DNA from: an uncultured virus (IMG/VR IMGVR_UViG_3300033153_006255)
Lineage: Duplodnaviria; Heunggongvirae; Uroviricota; Caudoviricetes
Length of the DNA: 64,000 bases
Reading direction: 5' to 3' (one strand)
Virus record (IMG/VR): IMGVR_UViG_3300033153_006255
The number at the start of each line of letters is the position of its first letter. Position 1 is the stretch's first letter. The position numbers were made by a program, and so were the translations under genes. This document shows positions 19,836-27,707 of the stretch, one piece after another. Under the pieces are notes generated by a model. That model did no database searches. It was not told the origin of the DNA and was given only the letters and a program-made list of their open reading frames with translations.

Positions 19836-19909
19836 CAGCCATAAGAACTATGGAGGGGTGAATAGTTTAATGTGGCATAATGCCCGAAAGGGCAAGGAAG
19901 GAGCAACAG

Positions 19910-20119
19910 ATGTTAGTAAAAGTAGCAGAAATGGGAGCAGAGGTAAGAGAGTTTTCACTTGGAGCAGGTGCAAGTGTAACCGATGCTTTAGAAGCAGCTG
20001 AAATTGAGTCATCTGGTAGGGATATCAGAGTGAACTCTGAAGCAGCCACAATGACCACAGAATTACAGGATGGCGACATCGTCACTCTTGTCAATAAAGT
20101 GGAAGGTGGAAGTAACTGA
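19910..20119 (+). CDS. Ubiquitin-like (ThiS/MoaD beta-grasp) protein with C-terminal GG-SN
   Basis: AAGGAG SD before ATG 19910; 69 aa; SVTDAL...IRVN...LQDGDIVTLVNKVEGG then SN. Confidence 0.85.
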   Translation: MLVKVAEMGAEVREFSLGAGASVTDALEAAEIESSGRDIRVNSEAATMTTELQDGDIVTLVNKVEGGSN

Positions 20120-20347
20120 AAACAAACGACTTATGACAAATCATAGTTGTTAAAATAAGTTGCTAACGGGGGGAGAGAACAACCCCATTCTCTCCCGCTA
20201 CTTGAAAGGAAAGTAGATGTTCTAAGTGTCACGGTAAGTGGAAATAGAAAACTAAGAGGAAATAACCTCAAGCCGAATGAGAATACGAATCTGAGTATGT
20301 ATGAAGTCGGCAGACGCTCAGAAATACTAATGAAAGGAGATGACTAA

Positions 20348-21505
20348 ATGCGAAAGAAGTTTGCTGTAAGAATGCCATCAGTTGAATGGTATTTAGAAGG
20401 CAATAAACAAACTGACGCGATTGGTGAACCGGTAGTAGATGCTTTGAAAGAGTTATCAAGAAAAACAGAACTTGCTGTCAACTTTGAGATACCACACGGA
20501 GAGATAGTAGATTCGAATCTTGATAGACAGATAAATGTCTATGTATGGTCATCGCCATTTGTGGATACGCCTGTAATGAGAAACGAGTCATTGAAGATTA
20601 AAGGTAAAGTGATTAAATTGAATGAAGGTCAGAGCGACTGCTTTGATTTGAAAACGTGTATAAAAGACCTTGTTCAAACATATCTGAAGCCGATAAACGA
20701 CGATGATGGTAGAGTAATCGGATTGGTAGAGAATAATAACATCTTTATTCCTTTTGACATCTTTCACGAAGTAGAAACAATGAATAATAGTGCAAAGGAA
20801 ATGATAGATGTGTTTATCTATATTATATCCGAAGCAAGAAAGCATATTATCTGCGATAAGAAAATACTAGAACAACGCATAGCAGATATGCCTTTGTTGG
20901 GATATGTAAAAGGCATTATCGAGAACAGTGCGAAGATGGATGAAAAAAGAGTCAATGAGCGTGAATCAATATTGAAAAGCATTGATTCGATACATAAAAA
21001 TCTAGTGGTTGAATATCGTAGATTAGATGAAGTAAATGCTTATCTATCATTGAAATCAATAACCGACAACGAGAAACTTCTGATAGATAGAAACAGAAAT
21101 GCGTTAACTGGTCTATTGAAAAATGGGTATAAGTCCATAAAATGGGCTGGAAACACACTCAAGGCAATGACGGAACCCATTGGAATTGAATTTGAAGATA
21201 AAGAGTTCAAGCTTGGTGGATATGAAATAACAATTGGTATCAACAACTCAATCCGTATTACGAATAAAAAGAATCCGAAAGACGGATTTGACCACCCTCA
21301 CGTTAGAAGTGGTATGCCTTGTTGGGGAAATCTATCAAAAACAGCAACGAAGTTTGTGTCTCAATTTGAATTTGTGCCTTTGTTGGATATGATTTTAAGT
21401 TATTTGAAATCATATAATCCAAAGGACGCATATCATAGATTGGGATATTGGTCGGACAATCAATGTGAAAGGTGTTTAGAAGATGAGGACTGTTGTCAAT
21501 GTTAG
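20348..21505 (+). CDS. Prokaryotic E2-like (ubiquitin-conjugating fold) multidomain protein
   Basis: C-terminal HPHVRSGMPCWGN resembles the E2 HPN...G.xC active-site motif; directly follows the Ubl gene; ends CERC...CCQC. Confidence 0.65.
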   Translation: MRKKFAVRMPSVEWYLEGNKQTDAIGEPVVDALKELSRKTELAVNFEIPHGEIVDSNLDRQINVYVWSSPFVDTPVMRNESLKIKGKVIKLNEGQSDCFDLKTCIKDLVQTYLKPINDDDGRVIGLVENNNIFIPFDIFHEVETMNNSAKEMIDVFIYIISEARKHIICDKKILEQRIADMPLLGYVKGIIENSAKMDEKRVNERESILKSIDSIHKNLVVEYRRLDEVNAYLSLKSITDNEKLLIDRNRNALTGLLKNGYKSIKWAGNTLKAMTEPIGIEFEDKEFKLGGYEITIGINNSIRITNKKNPKDGFDHPHVRSGMPCWGNLSKTATKFVSQFEFVPLLDMILSYLKSYNPKDAYHRLGYWSDNQCERCLEDEDCCQC

Positions 21506-21514
21506 GAGGAATAG

Positions 21515-22854
21515 ATGTCAAAGAAAAAAAGAAGGAAGAAGAAAAAACTCCTACCAAATCTTCTTGATTTTAATGAAGAACCTGCTGATGTAGAGAAAAT
21601 GAGCACGGTAGTATCATCGCCGGGACACGATGTCTCTATAGGAAGCGTATCGATAGTTATGTCGAAAGACATATACCAGAAACTAATGTATTATGTAATG
21701 GCTACAACTGATGAAATTAGTGGTCTTGGTATATGTGCTTGGGATAACGAAAGCATACGCGTTGAAGAGATATTTCTACTAAAACAGGAAAACACTTCAG
21801 CATCAACTGAATTAGATGACGAGGAAGTAAGTAAGTTAATGAATCAACTTATTAGAAACGGTAAGGATGTATCAGGACTTAGGTTCTGGTGGCATAAAGA
21901 AGCCGCGTGAGTCAATTCTGTTTGACATGGAAGATGTATTTGGAACGCAAACATGAAAGGTATGAATTGATGGCGAGTGCCACACACTTGGTAACAGGTG
22001 AAAGAAAAACTCTCTCTAATTGATTAGGAAGCCTTAACGTAAAGCCGAAGGTAACTATGCACAAGGCGAAAGCCAGTGTCAACGACTAAACGAGAGAGCC
22101 CCTGAAAAGGGTGATGCAATAGTCTGAACTCTATGGAAACATAGAGAAGCCCATCCGAAGAGGTGGGCTCGCCTATTTATATAGGTCTTAAAGTAACAGA
22201 ATGTCACACGCTGAAATGGACATATTCTGGTCAGCAACGGATGATAAGTGTTGTGAGAAACTTGGTGGTGGAGACTTCACTATCAGTATAGTAGCCAACA
22301 GGAATAAGAAAATGCTTGGAAGACTTGATATATATAAGCCATTTCCCGTCACAATTAGTGGTATAGACATCAAGATTGAAGATGAAATAGTATTTGATAT
22401 ACCACAAGATATACAAGATGAAGTTGATGAGAAGGTCTCAAGAAGAGTGACGTATTATAATCGAGGAGGATATTATGGCGGACTTTATAGAACCGAGAAA
22501 AAAGCAAATTGTGGTGCTGAATTCTTAGATAGAGACGGTTTGAAAAAGCGTTATAATAGCGACAAATACGCATTTGAGGCTTATGATGAAGAGAAGAAGG
22601 AGTGGGTGTTAGAGAGGGACTTCTATAATTCTGTTGAAGTTCAAGATGGAAAAAAACAGAATGCAATATTCGTTGATGGTATGGTGTATATGGAGGATGG
22701 TAGAACGTTTAATCCTGCTAAGGACAATAGAATATTTGGAGATGTACCACCTCCAGAAATGCTAGATGTTTGCGAGGGTGAACATATCAAACTATGTAAG
22801 GATTGTGCTTATAGGGTTGAATGTTTAGCATACTTCACGAAGGTAGGAGTCTAA
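21515..22854 (+). CDS. JAB/MPN+ metallopeptidase, two exons (21515-21895 and 22204-22854)
   Basis: Joined exons give TDEISGLG...FWWH|SHAEMDIFWSATDD, the E...HxH-x7-S-xx-D JAMM motif; 343 aa in frame. Confidence 0.85.
21896..22203 (+). ncRNA. Group I intron (308 nt, no ORF) in the JAB gene
   Basis: Exon ends in U and intron ends in G; P1 GUGGCAU/GUGCCAC (21977-83); P7 gacta (22084-88)/tagtc (22120-24); P3 ctctct/agagag; GNRA-capped P2 and P9. Confidence 0.88.
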
Positions 22855-22939
22855 AATGGGGGAGAAATCCCCCAAGGCGAATGAAAAGGCGAACTGTGCT
22901 ATGCCTAAGTCGCTTGACGGCACAGAATTAGGAGGAATT

Positions 22940-23203
22940 ATGATTAAAAGAGGAGATAAAGTAAAAATTCTACACGCTGATTTGAATGAACAATTAACTG
23001 ATGAACAATTACTTGATTATGAAAAAACAGTAGGAAAAATAGGAACTATAACAGATGTAATAGATATTGGGGAACTTGGTGGAACTATTACTGTTGATAT
23101 ACCTGGAAGAAGGAATCCAACTCATCATAACGGTGGGTATATTTTTACAAATGGTGAATTTTGTTTAGTCAGTAAGAACGTATGGAAAGGAAAGAAGAGA
23201 TGA
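22940..23203 (+). CDS. WKG-tagged small protein 12
   Basis: AGGAGG SD; MIKRGDKV; ends NVWKGKKR. Confidence 0.8.
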   Translation: MIKRGDKVKILHADLNEQLTDEQLLDYEKTVGKIGTITDVIDIGELGGTITVDIPGRRNPTHHNGGYIFTNGEFCLVSKNVWKGKKR

Positions 23204-23451
23204 AGATTGGAGATAAGGTTATAATAACTGGACCAAAAGATGGAAATTGGGACCAACTTAATGAAGTAGAAACAAAAGAGCATAATAAATTAATAGGAAA
23301 GCGTGGAACAATAGAAAATATAGCCGGAACGACGTTTCCCTACCAATTAAATGTTGATGGGAAAACGCTAACTTTATACTTTGGAGAAAATGAGATAACA
23401 AAGTGTAATAATAACATATGGAAAGGGGATAAAAAGTATGCGCACAGATGA
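23200..23451 (+). CDS. WKG-tagged small protein 13
   Basis: MKIGDKV; ends NIWKGDKKYAHR; overlaps the E1 start. Confidence 0.8.
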   Translation: MKIGDKVIITGPKDGNWDQLNEVETKEHNKLIGKRGTIENIAGTTFPYQLNVDGKTLTLYFGENEITKCNNNIWKGDKKYAHR

Positions 23452-24094
23452 GAGATTTAGCAGGCAATTAGGGATATTGGACCCGGATAAACTGAAGTCT
23501 AGGGTTACTGTGATAGGAGCAGGTGGGATAGGTAGTTGGACAGTAGCAATACTAAGCAGAGTTGGATTTGACGATATAACTGTGTATGATAACGATATTG
23601 TGAGTGAAGTAAATCTCGGTTATCAGTTCTTTAGGGATAAAGATATAGGTCGCCCGAAAGTTGAGGCGTTAAAGGATGTCATAAAAGAGTTTTCGAATAT
23701 GGACTTAAAGATTAAGAACGAGTTGTATAAAGGTGGTGCTTATAAAGAACTTATGATATGTAGTGTAGATAGTATGGACGCTCGTATCAATATATGGGAT
23801 AAGATAAAGATGAAACCTCAAGTCAGATGTTATGTAGACGCCCGAATGGGCGGTGAAGTAATGCGTTTATATACTGTTAATCCTATGGACGTAGATAACA
23901 TTGAGGAATATGAGAAAGAATTGTATCCGTCGGAAGAGGCTGAACAAACAGATTGCTCATTTAAGTCTATTATGTATAATGTTGGAACGATAGCCTCGTT
24001 TATAGTAAACAATGCAAAGAAGTATCTCTTAAATGAAAAGTATGACAAAGAGATATTTTTCGACTTGAAGTCAATGGCTATGGTAAGACGATAA
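23438..24094 (+). CDS. ThiF/MoeB-family E1-like adenylyltransferase
   Basis: RFSRQ, VIGAGGIGS, DNDIVSEVNLGYQ, GRPKV, SVDSMDAR, YVDARMG; candidate catalytic Cys in QTDCSFK. Confidence 0.92.
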   Translation: MRTDERFSRQLGILDPDKLKSRVTVIGAGGIGSWTVAILSRVGFDDITVYDNDIVSEVNLGYQFFRDKDIGRPKVEALKDVIKEFSNMDLKIKNELYKGGAYKELMICSVDSMDARINIWDKIKMKPQVRCYVDARMGGEVMRLYTVNPMDVDNIEEYEKELYPSEEAEQTDCSFKSIMYNVGTIASFIVNNAKKYLLNEKYDKEIFFDLKSMAMVRR

Positions 24095-24239
24095 TGTATA
24101 AAGAAAACACAGATAGCGTACGTAGATACCGTAGAAACTGGTATAGATAGAATAAATAACGAGGGAGATTACGTTTTTGATAACTGTAGATATATAGAGT
24201 TAGATAGTAACAGAAGAAGATGAAGGTAAGGAGATAATT

Positions 24240-24488
24240 ATGGGAAAGATTACAGCAGGACCTTGGAGTATAGGAACTAGGATTGTGTGTGTAGAACGTC
24301 CAGCATGTAATTCGAATATACGAGTTGGCGATACTGGAACTGTAGTAGCAACAATTCGGTCTCATCAAAAAGAATGCGACAAGATGATAAAAATAGATAA
24401 AAAGAAATTAATATACCTATTTATTGAACAACATATGCACTGCTATAAAAAGATTAATGAGAATCTTTGGAAAGGTGGTAAAAGATGA
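24240..24488 (+). CDS. WKG-tagged small protein 14
   Basis: SIGTRIVC, RVGDTGTV; ends NLWKGGKR. Confidence 0.75.
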   Translation: MGKITAGPWSIGTRIVCVERPACNSNIRVGDTGTVVATIRSHQKECDKMIKIDKKKLIYLFIEQHMHCYKKINENLWKGGKR

Positions 24489-24757
24489 GACTATTTAAGG
24501 TGGGAGATACTGTAAAATTAAGTAGTGATGAAAACAAAGAGTATTATGAGGACGAATTTGGAATAAAGCTGGGCGTGCATTTTAAAATAAATAGAATAGA
24601 AAAATGTGAAGACGAAATGGACTCGTGTAGAGAAGTGGGATGTCCTGGATTAATTAATGGAATATGTTTTGCTGAAATGGATTTTGAAGCAGAAGAAATA
24701 CATCAGTTTGAATTAGAACTAGTTTCAAGTAATGTATGGAAAGGTGGAAAGCGATGA
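24485..24757 (+). CDS. WKG-tagged small protein 15 (GCPGxING subfamily)
   Basis: FKVGDTV; ends NVWKGGKR. Confidence 0.8.
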   Translation: MRLFKVGDTVKLSSDENKEYYEDEFGIKLGVHFKINRIEKCEDEMDSCREVGCPGLINGICFAEMDFEAEEIHQFELELVSSNVWKGGKR

Positions 24758-24993
24758 GTATAAATAAGTTTAAGGTTGGTGATGAAGTTATTGTTAATAA
24801 GAATGGATTTATATATAACTGGACTAAACAAGACTCAAAAGGATTTGTAATGGCAGTATATGAAAAAAGTTTAAGGATAAAATTTTATGAAATGACGGGA
24901 CCCATAGAACCTAATACGCCGTATATTTGGAATATAGACTCAAGACATTTAGAACATCTTACTAGGAATGAATGGAAAGGAAAACCAAGATGA
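24754..24993 (+). CDS. WKG-tagged small protein 16
   Basis: KFKVGDEV; ends NEWKGKPR. Confidence 0.8.
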   Translation: MSINKFKVGDEVIVNKNGFIYNWTKQDSKGFVMAVYEKSLRIKFYEMTGPIEPNTPYIWNIDSRHLEHLTRNEWKGKPR

Positions 24994-25009
24994 AAGGGGG
25001 TGAGAATGA

Positions 25010-25333
25010 ATGGTAGCCAGATTAGGGCATAAGCACTACACGGAAGAAGAAAAAGCCTGGATGATTAGGAAGGCAGCATTACCTAAATATAGGCAGAAGG
25101 GAGGACAAAGACTCAAACTAACGAAGTTACATAGAGCATTTAGGAGAAAGTTTGAGTCGGTTCATACACTAGATGGATTTGGTGTATCTATCAAGAAGTA
25201 TTTAGGTGTAAGTAGCAAGAAGCGTCCGTATCATAAGAGAATGCAAAATACACTAACCTTAGATGTTATGGAAGCGAAGTTAAGACCTATAAATGATATG
25301 ATAAACAATATCAAGTCGTTTATGGGAGTATAA
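25010..25333 (+). CDS. Basic hypothetical (possibly DNA-binding) protein
   Basis: YTEEEKAW helix start, K/R-rich. Confidence 0.6.
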   Translation: MVARLGHKHYTEEEKAWMIRKAALPKYRQKGGQRLKLTKLHRAFRRKFESVHTLDGFGVSIKKYLGVSSKKRPYHKRMQNTLTLDVMEAKLRPINDMINNIKSFMGV

Positions 25334-25396
25334 GAATCGATGGAATATGGGGAGAAAAATCTCCCCTTTTCCATACAATCTACAAAAGGAGAATAA

Positions 25397-26260
25397 ATGG
25401 GCATTAAGGGTGGTATTAAAGGATGTGCTTTAAAGGGGTGCTCATTAGAGGTAGGAAAAGAAAAGTTCGAAGCATTAGAAGCCTTTGTAAAAATGATTGC
25501 TAAGGGCGATATGAACTCACTTTTCTTGTTTGGAGAGGGTGGTATCGGGAAAACCGAGACTATACTACGGACTATTGAGAAAGAAGATGTAGAAGCCATA
25601 TACATAAATGGTGTAGTAACGCCGCTAGAATTGTATCACAAGTTATATGAGAACAATGGAAAACTAATTATATTAGATGACATAGAAGGGGTTTTGAGTA
25701 ACGATAGAGCCGTTTCTTTTCTGAAAGCGGCGACTTATGGATATAAAAATAAACGAATTATATGTTATCCAACATCAAGCCCGTTATTGCGTGCACCAGA
25801 AGCGTTTGAATTTACTGGGAAAATTATATTATGTACGAATCACTTTCCAGATAATCCATCATTGGAAGCTCTGTATAGAAGAACTCTATACTATGAGTTG
25901 AACTTATCTTTTACGGAAAAGATTGCGTTATTTAGAGATATAACAGAAAGACCTTATAAGGGAATATCAAAGGGAAAGCGACGAATGATATGTGAGTATT
26001 TAATTGGTATTATATCTGAAGCAACAATAAGATTAAGTATTCGTGAACTATTTAAGGCATTTGAGATATATAAATCTAATCATAGGGATTGGAAAAAACT
26101 CGTGCTTGAATTACTCCATATAGATACAGATATTGAAGCATATATGAAGATAATGAAGGTGGGGAGTAATATTAACGCGCAGATTAGAATGTTTAGAGAA
26201 ATTACTGGTAAATCAAGAAGCACGTTCTTTAGAATTAGGAAGCGTGTAGATAGTATGTAG
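25397..26260 (+). CDS. AAA+ ATPase with C-terminal HTH
   Basis: GEGGIGKT Walker A, LIILDD Walker B, ILCTN sensor, ITGKSRSTFFR. Confidence 0.8.
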   Translation: MGIKGGIKGCALKGCSLEVGKEKFEALEAFVKMIAKGDMNSLFLFGEGGIGKTETILRTIEKEDVEAIYINGVVTPLELYHKLYENNGKLIILDDIEGVLSNDRAVSFLKAATYGYKNKRIICYPTSSPLLRAPEAFEFTGKIILCTNHFPDNPSLEALYRRTLYYELNLSFTEKIALFRDITERPYKGISKGKRRMICEYLIGIISEATIRLSIRELFKAFEIYKSNHRDWKKLVLELLHIDTDIEAYMKIMKVGSNINAQIRMFREITGKSRSTFFRIRKRVDSM

Positions 26261-26533
26261 AATGTAGAATGAATGGATTACCGAAGTCTCATGAAGATGT
26301 GAAACGCCTCGTTTGAGGCACAAGATAAGTGCGAAAAAGGTAGTGATTTAGCGCGAAAACATTAGTGACGGCTGGATTTCAGCGAATACGGGCTTTTTCG
26401 CTCTATTTACGCATATTCGGCGTTCATTTTAGTCTGTCCTGACACTAATTTGTGCTTAAAAATCAGTTTCACGCAAATATACGCAGGTGATATCTCAACG
26501 AACTTATTTTGTAGAATGAAAGGAGCAAGTTAA

Positions 26534-26743
26534 ATGAATGGAGACCTTGAGCATTATATAGAAACAGCAATCAGAAGAAGACAATGTAGTGAATGTGGTA
26601 GGACAATTTATCCCAAGAAACAACACTTTGCTATTCGCACAAGAACACGTTGGGGAACAAGTAGAGTTAATATATGCTTTAGGTGTTTGGGAATATTAGC
26701 AAGAAAGTATTGTAATGTATGGAAAGGAAGGAAAAGCATATGA
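26534..26743 (+). CDS. WKG-tagged small protein 17 (Zn finger)
   Basis: CSECG...ICFRC; ends NVWKGRKSI. Confidence 0.8.
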   Translation: MNGDLEHYIETAIRRRQCSECGRTIYPKKQHFAIRTRTRWGTSRVNICFRCLGILARKYCNVWKGRKSI

Positions 26744-26958
26744 TAAATATAATGCATTGCACATCGTGTCACCACGAATGGGTGTCTATGAAAGAGAAGG
26801 ATACTTGCAACTGGTGTGGATGCGAAGGGTATGTATTGGCTAGTGAGAACGCTATGGCTGATATATGTAATAAAGAGTTCTTTAAGGAATTAGTAAAGAT
26901 TGTAAAATTGAAAGAAAAAATGAGGGAAGTAAAAGATGCGAAAAATAAGAGTCGGTGA
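26740..26958 (+). CDS. Small Zn-finger protein
   Basis: CTSCHHEW...CNWC. Confidence 0.65.
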   Translation: MINIMHCTSCHHEWVSMKEKDTCNWCGCEGYVLASENAMADICNKEFFKELVKIVKLKEKMREVKDAKNKSR

Positions 26959-27193
26959 CCACTTAGAGTGGAATGATGAATCTGTTTTAAATAAATACGA
27001 TATAATGGGTGAACGTAGATATATACTTGTAGAAAAAATAACTGAATGTGACTCTCGGGGTCCAGGTTGTGACGAAATGGGATGTCCCGGAGAGATAAAT
27101 GGCGAATGTTATGGTGCTAGTGGTAAACGGGTTTCAAATCTAATGTGTTTGAAATTAGGTAACTTTAATGTTTGGAAAGGTAAGAAAAGATGA
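26936..27193 (+). CDS. WKG-tagged small protein 18 (GCPGxING subfamily)
   Basis: IRVGDHL; ends NVWKGKKR. Confidence 0.8.
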   Translation: MRKIRVGDHLEWNDESVLNKYDIMGERRYILVEKITECDSRGPGCDEMGCPGEINGECYGASGKRVSNLMCLKLGNFNVWKGKKR

Positions 27194-27468
27194 GACGATT
27201 TAAGAGAAAGCAAATAATAAAGATAGGAGATAAATTAGTTTATAATAAAGGAAGTGTTAGGAATGAAGAAGCCATTATGCAAGGGAGAGCATATATAAGA
27301 GTAGATACTATAGAGAAATGCCATTCAGAAAATCAGAATTGTAGGAAAATTGGATGTCCCGGACATATAAATGGCGAGTGTTATGGATATTCGAGAATCG
27401 GCAGAGGTGGAGACATTTTAGCAGTAAAGGTAGGATATGCAAATGAATGGAAAGGTGAAAAGAGATGA
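27190..27468 (+). CDS. WKG-tagged small protein 19 (GCPGxING subfamily)
   Basis: IKIGDKL; ends NEWKGEKR. Confidence 0.8.
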   Translation: MRRFKRKQIIKIGDKLVYNKGSVRNEEAIMQGRAYIRVDTIEKCHSENQNCRKIGCPGHINGECYGYSRIGRGGDILAVKVGYANEWKGEKR

Positions 27469-27707
27469 TGAGGATTTTTAAGAAAAAACGAAAGAAACAA
27501 GAGCGGTTTATAGAAGGACAAAGAGTAAGGTGTATAAAGGGTGGAAGAGGGGGTTCTGGTTGGAGACTTCATAGAATATTTGTTATAGGGAAAGCGGAGT
27601 ATTGGGAAGACGATATAGTTGGAGTTCTATGGCCGAATGAGGGAGGAAGTGGCATCTTTTCTGACAGCGTTGAAATACATAATCAGTGGAAAGGAGCTCC
27701 AAGATGA
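27465..27707 (+). CDS. WKG-tagged small protein 20
   Basis: FIEGQRVRC; ends NQWKGAPR. Confidence 0.8.
   Translation: MMRIFKKKRKKQERFIEGQRVRCIKGGRGGSGWRLHRIFVIGKAEYWEDDIVGVLWPNEGGSGIFSDSVEIHNQWKGAPR

Noticed and set aside
19803..19860. Fourth hammerhead-like sequence (CCCGAAACGUAA...UUACGUA)
   Set aside because: No CUGANGA core follows; at most a decayed remnant
21896..22203. JAB gene as a pseudogene or a case of stop-codon recoding
   Set aside because: The gap has group I intron pairings and its removal restores frame and catalytic motif; other genes translate cleanly in the standard code
19910..24094. ThiS/ThiF as thiamine or molybdopterin sulfur-transfer auxiliary genes
   Set aside because: No thiG, moaE or cysteine desulfurase in the window, and E2-like and JAB genes intervene; disfavoured but not formally excluded
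26288..26322. Hammerhead-like UGAAGA...GAAAC-gcctc/gaggc
   Set aside because: Lacks the C of CUGA, stem II and an NUH cleavage triplet
16085..27704. Apparent shared N-terminal motif MER/MEG in ORF-track entries (16085, 16527, 16757, 17923, 19542, 23182, 24736, 26719, 27686)
   Set aside because: Artefact: these starts are the out-of-frame RTG inside the upstream tag codons; real starts are 18-21 nt downstream, mostly at stop-start overlaps
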